Shown here: positions 14,842-20,000 of the stretch, piece after piece
Layout of the letters: each line of letters starts with the position of its first letter
Numbering within the stretch: the stretch's first letter is position 1
DNA from: an uncultured virus (IMG/VR IMGVR_UViG_3300022745_000033)
Lineage: Duplodnaviria > Heunggongvirae > Uroviricota > Caudoviricetes
Strand: one strand, 5' to 3'
IMG/VR virus record: IMGVR_UViG_3300022745_000033
Length of the DNA stretch: 20,000 nucleotides
The notes under the pieces: generated by a model
The model's input: the letters and a program-made list of their open reading frames with translations, nothing else
The model's database searches: none
What the model was told of the DNA's origin: nothing
Translations under genes and position numbers: made by a program

Positions 14842-15960
14842 ATGGCTTTAACTAATTTTGGCTTGCTGACAAGCGAGCAAAAGACCGTCTGGTCTATGGA
14901 CCTGTGGAAGCAGGCACGAAACATGTCTTTCGTGAACAAGTTCCTGGGCAAAGGCCCGAACTCCATGGTTCAGCACATCACTGAGCTGAAGAAGACCGAG
15001 AAGGGCGCACGCGCCGTGATCACCCTGCTGGCCGATCTGACCGGTGACGGTGTGGCCGGTGACCGTACGCTGGAAGGCAACGAAGAAGGCATGCAAACCT
15101 TCGACCAAGTGATTCGCATCGACCAACTGCGTCATGCGAACCGTCACGAAGGTCGTATGGCCGACCAGAAGTCTGTCGTTGAGTTCCGGGGCAACAGCCG
15201 CGACGTTCTGGCCTACTGGCTGGCTGACCGTATCGACCAGATGGCGTTCCTGACGCTGGCTGGCCGTAGCTACGCCTACAAGAACAACGGCGCTGCCCGC
15301 GTCGGTTCTGACCTCCAGTTCCTGGAATTCGCTGCTGATGTGACCGCCCCCTCCAATGCACGTCGTCTGCGCTGGGATGGCACTTCCGCCACCAAGACGC
15401 TGGTTGCTTCCGCTGCTTCCTCTGGCGTGGCCGCTACGGACACCCCCTCCTGGAACATGTTTGTCCAACTCAAGGCATACGCCAAAGACCGCTACATCCG
15501 TGGCGTGACTGGCGAGGGCGGTGAGGAGACCTACCACGCGTTCCTGACGCCCCAGGCCATGGCGAAGCTGAAGATGGACCCTGATTACATGGCCAACTTG
15601 CGTTACAGCCAGTCGTCCAGTGTGAACGACAACCTCTTCAGTGGCTCCACCGTGAAGATCGACGGTATCTACCTGCACGAGTTCCGCCACGTACCCAACA
15701 CCACTGGCGCTGCCTCTGGTTCCAAGTACGGTTCGGGTGGCACCGTCGATGGATGCCAAGTGTTGTTCTGCGGTGCCCAGGCGCTGGGTATGGCCGATAT
15801 CGGTGCCCCTGAGTGGAACGAAAAGGGCTTCGACTACGACAACCAGCAGGGTATCTCTGTTGGCAAGATCGCCGGTTTCCTGAAGCCCAAGTTCGGAAAC
15901 ATCTACGAGAACGGTGCCGTCGAGGACTTCGGCGTGCTGTCTTGCTACGTCGCTCAATAA
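14842..15960 (+). CDS. Major capsid protein (DUF4043 / N4-gp56-like)
   Basis: L.GDGV.GD.TLEGNEE...IDQLRHA motif, strong AAAGGAG SD, size and position. Confidence 0.92.
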   Translation: MALTNFGLLTSEQKTVWSMDLWKQARNMSFVNKFLGKGPNSMVQHITELKKTEKGARAVITLLADLTGDGVAGDRTLEGNEEGMQTFDQVIRIDQLRHANRHEGRMADQKSVVEFRGNSRDVLAYWLADRIDQMAFLTLAGRSYAYKNNGAARVGSDLQFLEFAADVTAPSNARRLRWDGTSATKTLVASAASSGVAATDTPSWNMFVQLKAYAKDRYIRGVTGEGGEETYHAFLTPQAMAKLKMDPDYMANLRYSQSSSVNDNLFSGSTVKIDGIYLHEFRHVPNTTGAASGSKYGSGGTVDGCQVLFCGAQALGMADIGAPEWNEKGFDYDNQQGISVGKIAGFLKPKFGNIYENGAVEDFGVLSCYVAQ

Positions 15961-15974
15961 GGAGGTAACACACC

Positions 15975-16481
15975 ATGAGCAAACTCCTCGCCGCACGTAC
16001 TGTGCAACGCAACCTGGTTGCCGAGTTCGCCTTCAACTACAACGACTGGGCCATCGACTCTGTCTCGCAAGTGAAGACCACTTTCGGCTCCACAGCTGCC
16101 GTGGCCGACCCTTCGTCCGCTGTATCTGGTCTGACCGCTGGCACCGGCATCACCTTTGACTGCATCCCGATGCCTATCGGCGCTGTGATCACCGGTGGGG
16201 CTCTCATTGTTGAGACCGCATTCGTCGGCATCGGCGCAGCGGCCGTACTGAATCTGGGTATCGCAGGCAACACCAGCGCCCTGATCAGCGCTTTTGACCT
16301 GGATGCAGCTGCAGCTGGCTCGCGTACGGCTCTGACCCTGACTGCACCTCTGCTGTGCAACGCGGGTCAGAACATCCGTCTGACGACCTCCGGTCTGACC
16401 GCCACTGCCACCGCTGGCAAGGTTCGCGTTCGCGTGGACTACACCATTGACGGCAAGGCCGACGAGACCGTCATCGCTTAA
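15975..16481 (+). CDS. Probable capsid decoration/cement protein
   Basis: Ala/Thr/Gly-rich beta-type sequence, TAAGGAGG SD, directly after the capsid gene and before a terminator. Confidence 0.65.
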   Translation: MSKLLAARTVQRNLVAEFAFNYNDWAIDSVSQVKTTFGSTAAVADPSSAVSGLTAGTGITFDCIPMPIGAVITGGALIVETAFVGIGAAAVLNLGIAGNTSALISAFDLDAAAAGSRTALTLTAPLLCNAGQNIRLTTSGLTATATAGKVRVRVDYTIDGKADETVIA

Positions 16482-16491
16482 ATGACGAAGT

Positions 16492-16517
16492 GAGCGGGGC
16501 TTCGGCCCCGTTCTTTT
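16492..16517 (+). terminator. Rho-independent terminator
   Basis: GAGCGGGGC-TTCG-GCCCCGTTC-TTTT. Confidence 0.9.
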
Positions 16518-16539
16518 ATCAACCCACGGAGAACCAAAA

Positions 16540-16914
16540 ATGAAATTTGTAATGCACCGCAATCGCACTATCGTGTCCACCAGCGGGCACGCCATCGAAT
16601 TCGTGAAGGGTGAGCTGACCCACGTGCCTCCCTCCATGTACGAGGAGGTTATGGCCGCAGGCGCTGTACCTGAAGAAGAGCTGGACTTGGACCCCAAGAC
16701 CAACCCCGAGATCGTTGAGCCGACAGACCCCTCCGTGCGTCAACAAGCCATCATGGAAGCCATGGAGACGGTCACCCTGCGCGGCAAACGCGAGGACTTC
16801 ACCGCCGCTGGTGCTCCTCACGCCAAGGTCCTGTCCACCATCGTCGGCTGGACGGTTCATAACAAAGAGCGCGACACCGCTTGGGTCGCATTCAAGACCA
16901 AGGAAGTTGACTAA
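16540..16914 (+). CDS. Hypothetical morphogenesis-module protein, 124 aa
   Basis: GGAG SD; position in the structural operon. Confidence 0.75.
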   Translation: MKFVMHRNRTIVSTSGHAIEFVKGELTHVPPSMYEEVMAAGAVPEEELDLDPKTNPEIVEPTDPSVRQQAIMEAMETVTLRGKREDFTAAGAPHAKVLSTIVGWTVHNKERDTAWVAFKTKEVD

Positions 16915-16916
16915 TC

Positions 16917-17558
16917 ATGAACACGACAGAACTGCTCAGCGTCTTCCGTGAGGAGATGAGCGATGCCGTTGCCCCCTACCTGTGGAGTGACGCGTTGGTC
17001 TACACCTACATCGACGACGCCCAGAAGCAGTTCTGCCGCTGGACCTACGGCATCGAAGATGCCCGTAGTTTCAAGATCATCATCAAGGCAGACGGCACCG
17101 AGTGGTACGCGCTGGACCCGATGATCTTGAAAGTACGCAGTGCCACGAGTCAAGCGACCGGTGACGACATGCCGCTGGTTGCCGCAGAAAAGATGCGCGA
17201 GAAGGGTATGAAGTTTGATGGCAGGGTCGGCCCGACCCGCGCCCTCATCACTGGCTTGGAGAAGGGCTATGTCCGCACACATCCCGTACCTAATGTTGCA
17301 TCTGTGGTCGAACTATCTACTTTCCGCTTGCCCAATGATGTGGGAGCTGGCGACGATTTCGAGATCGACCCCCAGCACATCCTCCCTCTCCTCTACTGGG
17401 TGAAACACAAGGCATACGGCAAGCAGGACACCGAGACCTTTGACGCCCGCAAGTCCGCTGAGTTTGAGAGTCGCTTTGACGGTTATTGCGCTCAGGCCAA
17501 GGTGGAGCAAAGCCGTATGCGTCGTCCGGTGTCTGCAGTTTCATACGGAGGCATCTGA
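16917..17558 (+). CDS. Probable head-tail adaptor/connector protein
   Basis: PYLWSDA...YIDDAQ.QFCR N-terminus and L.Y...KAY.KQD.ETFD C-terminus are typical of podovirus adaptors; AAGGA SD. Confidence 0.7.
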   Translation: MNTTELLSVFREEMSDAVAPYLWSDALVYTYIDDAQKQFCRWTYGIEDARSFKIIIKADGTEWYALDPMILKVRSATSQATGDDMPLVAAEKMREKGMKFDGRVGPTRALITGLEKGYVRTHPVPNVASVVELSTFRLPNDVGAGDDFEIDPQHILPLLYWVKHKAYGKQDTETFDARKSAEFESRFDGYCAQAKVEQSRMRRPVSAVSYGGI

Positions 17559-17830
17559 TGGCGACCTACAAGAAAGACCCGAACGCCACACTGGATTACA
17601 TGTTTGACTGGGGTCCGTACCTGACCCCGCTGGTCGACACCATCCAGTCGGTAACGTGGGTGCTTTCGTCAGGCCTAACAAAGGTATCGCAGTCGAACAC
17701 CGCGACGACGGCTACCGTTTTTGTTTCCGGTGGTGCATTGGGCGACACCGAAACACTGACCTGCCGAATCACAACCGCCGGTGGGCGGGTGGATGACAGG
17801 TCTATCCAACTGAAGATTGTTTCACGCTAA
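17558..17830 (+). CDS. Probable fibre-tail adaptor, Ig-like (MATYKKDPNATLDYMFDW...)
   Basis: KDP...LDY.FDW...SGG..G....TCRITT..GR..DRSI pattern; GGAGG SD and TGATG coupling. Confidence 0.7.
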   Translation: MATYKKDPNATLDYMFDWGPYLTPLVDTIQSVTWVLSSGLTKVSQSNTATTATVFVSGGALGDTETLTCRITTAGGRVDDRSIQLKIVSR

Positions 17831-17843
17831 CCAGGAGCCCCTC

Positions 17844-18023
17844 ATGCCCATTCCAAAAGGCACTGTCGTTCATCAGATCATCCCTGTGATATCAGGGACC
17901 GTGGTGGCGACGAAATTTAACGACGACGTCAATGCTTTCGAGTATTGCGTCGAATTCCTTAACGCCGACGGTGAAGTCAGCCAACGTTGGTTCAACGAAA
18001 ACGAAGTCGAGGTATCAGCATGA
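17844..18023 (+). CDS. Small hypothetical protein, 59 aa (MPIPKGTVVHQ...QRWFNENEV)
   Basis: AGGAG SD; ATGA overlap with the next gene. Confidence 0.7.
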   Translation: MPIPKGTVVHQIIPVISGTVVATKFNDDVNAFEYCVEFLNADGEVSQRWFNENEVEVSA

Positions 18024-18592
18024 ACACCGAAACACTGAACGCAGCTGCGGCATCTAACGCAGGTATCACCAGCAATGGCGTCCACAACGAAGGCGCCAAC
18101 GCAAGCGGGAACTACCACGTCCAGTGCTTCGACATTGACGGAAACCTGAAATGGGAAGACACCATCAAAAACTTGGTGACCACTGTCGGTAAGAACTTCG
18201 CCCTGGACACGCTCATGGCGGGTTCTGCTTACACAGCTACCTGGTACCTCGGGCTGATCTCCAGTGTGTCGTACACCGCCGTCGCGGCAGGCGACACGAT
18301 GGCGTCCCATGCAGGATGGACCGAGGCTGGAGCTGCCAATGCACCTACCTACTCCCAAGGTGCTCGCCCCACCGCTGCATGGTCTGCTGCATCCGCAGGC
18401 TCGAAGGCTCTTAGTGCTGCACTGAGCTTCTCGATCACATCGGCCGGCACGGTGAAGGGTTGTTTCCTGAACAGCGTCTCGACCAAGGACGGTACCACGG
18501 GCACGTTGTATTCAGCCGGGCTGTTTTCGGGCGGGGACAAAGTCCTGTCGAACGGAGATTCTCTGGCTGTTTCGTACACAGCATCCATGTAA
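18020..18592 (+). CDS. Virion/tail-fibre-associated structural protein, 190 aa
   Basis: GAGGT SD; KNLVTTVGKN...WYLGL...GTLYSAGLF...GDSL.VSYT pattern common in tail modules. Confidence 0.7.
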   Translation: MNTETLNAAAASNAGITSNGVHNEGANASGNYHVQCFDIDGNLKWEDTIKNLVTTVGKNFALDTLMAGSAYTATWYLGLISSVSYTAVAAGDTMASHAGWTEAGAANAPTYSQGARPTAAWSAASAGSKALSAALSFSITSAGTVKGCFLNSVSTKDGTTGTLYSAGLFSGGDKVLSNGDSLAVSYTASM

Positions 18593-18675
18593 GCCCACAC
18601 GGCGGCGAAAGCCCGGTCAGCGCAGGCCGCTGACCGCCGCCTTGTGGTGGGCTGATCACGAATAAGGTTACCGCC

Positions 18676-20000
18676 ATGATTATTCTTGCCAGTACCAGCG
18701 ATAAGATTCAGGTCACAACAGCACAGGCCGTCACCGTTGACGTCCATGCGTCGTGGGTAGACCTCACCGGTACCACGGTGACACCCGGCCGTCTCAACTC
18801 CAAGATCAGTACGGCAACCACGACGGATGTGGTGACCTCGCCGGGCGCAGGCGCGGCACGAAACGTCAAGCTGATGACGGTGACCAACATCCATGCTTCC
18901 AGTTCGGTCGATATTTTGATCAAACATACGGACGGCACGAACGCTGTCGAGCTTTGGGGTGCAACGCTGGCAGCAGGCGAGTCGGTTGAGTTTGATGAAA
19001 ACGGCACGCAGGTTTTGACAAACACCGGAGCTTTGAAAGCTCCCGGCCCGAGCATCTCCAGCACCGTCGATATCCAGACATTCACCAACTCAGGGACTTG
19101 GGTAAAGCCAACGGTTTTCACACCCAAGTCAGTCCTTGTGAAGCTCTGGGGCGGCGGCGGCGGCGGCGGCGCTGGCGCATCCCTGGGCACGGCAGTAGCC
19201 CACCACGGTGGTGCAGGCGGTGGCGGTGGCGCAGCAAACTTTCAGCTGTTCAACGCTGCTGATCTGGCATCCACCGTGGCAGTGAACATAGGAGCCCCTG
19301 GCTCTGCTGGCGTGAAGGGTGCAATTGGTGCTGCCGGCGGTAATGGTGGCACCGGCGGTACTACCACTTTTGGCTCACTGATCTCGGCCTATGGGGGCGG
19401 TGGAGGTGCAGGTGGCCCGATCACAGCCACGGCCACAGCTGGCGGGTCAGGTGGCGGCACCGGTAGTGCAGGAAACATCGGCGCTGCTGTAGCTACTGCG
19501 GGTGGTTACCCGGGCACAACCGCAACAGGCGTGAACGGAGTCTCAGGTGGTGGCGCTGGTGGGTATGTGGCCGCTGTCATGACCTCTGGCCTCGCCACGT
19601 TTGGCTGCGCAGAGTACGGCGGCGCAGCGGGGGCCGGGCAGATAGCCACAGCAGCAGCAGCTTCCTTCGGTGGAAGCTCACTTTATGGCGGCGGCGGCGG
19701 CGGTGCTGGTGGTAGTCACACAGCAGTTCCTGCTACCACACTAGCTGGTGCCGGCGGTACATCAGGCGTCCATACTTGCGGCGGCGGCGGCGCGGCCGGT
19801 AGTGACGGCGGCTCAGCTGGCGCCGGTGGTAACGGCTCAGCCGGAGCAGCCGGGAATTCAACCAAAGGCGGGTCGGGCGGCGGCGGCGGCGGCGCGTCGA
19901 CCAACACAACTTTTGCTGCGGGTGATGGTGGCGCAGGGGGTCAGGGCGGCGGTGGCGGTGGCGGTGGCGGCTGCGGTGGCGGCACACCAGGCGGGCTCGG
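18676..20000 (+). CDS. Glycine-rich tail fibre-like protein, truncated by the window end
   Basis: Not in the ORF track. TAAGG SD, ATG 18676 (MIILASTSDKIQVTT...), then QTFTNSGTWVKP...VKLWGGGGGGG and continuous GGxGG repeats; no stop noticed up to 20000. Confidence 0.85.
   Translation, partial: MIILASTSDKIQVTTAQAVTVDVHASWVDLTGTTVTPGRLNSKISTATTTDVVTSPGAGAARNVKLMTVTNIHASSSVDILIKHTDGTNAVELWGATLAAGESVEFDENGTQVLTNTGALKAPGPSISSTVDIQTFTNSGTWVKPTVFTPKSVLVKLWGGGGGGGAGASLGTAVAHHGGAGGGGGAANFQLFNAADLASTVAVNIGAPGSAGVKGAIGAAGGNGGTGGTTTFGSLISAYGGGGGAGGPITATATAGGSGGGTGSAGNIGAAVATAGGYPGTTATGVNGVSGGGAGGYVAAVMTSGLATFGCAEYGGAAGAGQIATAAAASFGGSSLYGGGGGGAGGSHTAVPATTLAGAGGTSGVHTCGGGGAAGSDGGSAGAGGNGSAGAAGNSTKGGSGGGGGGASTNTTFAAGDGGAGGQGGGGGGGGGCGGGTPGGL

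Noticed and set aside
8539..16703. Long - strand ORFs opposite terL, portal, scaffold and capsid genes
   Set aside because: Antisense shadow frames fully overlapping well-supported genes.
18592..18665. Hammerhead ribozyme (GAAA and CTGA present)
   Set aside because: The core CUGANGA is absent (CTGACCG, CTGATCA) and the element order does not fit.
19716..19987. Pro-rich and Arg/His-rich - strand ORFs
   Set aside because: Reverse-frame read-outs of the Gly-rich fibre gene.

Overview
This window is part of a GC-rich tailed dsDNA phage genome, probably podovirus-like; a betaproteobacterial host is only inferred. It has two divergent arms meeting at about 7500-7665. The left arm (- strand) holds a run of small early genes, a 296-aa unknown gene, an AT-rich origin-like tract, a ~793-aa AEP-type primase-polymerase/SF3-helicase, tandem small Cys-rich paralogues and an Nmad5-like gene. 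The right arm (+ strand) is the morphogenesis module: terS, an inserted unknown gene, terL, a ferritin-like (DUF5856-like) gene, portal, scaffold, Gp49-like and RyR-domain genes, major capsid protein, a decoration-like protein, adaptors and a Gly-rich fibre-like gene cut by the window edge. The most striking unexplained feature is an array of six copies of a ~36-bp element (CCGAGCGC-N4-GCGCTCGG hairpin plus a GCCTTTTT..GTGTG tail on the - strand). It divides the early region into gene cassettes. Two copies lie in a perfect 69-bp direct repeat, and both stem variants are G-U pairs only on the transcript strand. Other notable signals are an anti-Shine-Dalgarno sRNA-like element before the capsid gene and a gene between terS and terL flanked by a duplication of the terL start. 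Family names come from motif recognition, not database searches. No integrase, tRNA or CRISPR array was seen.
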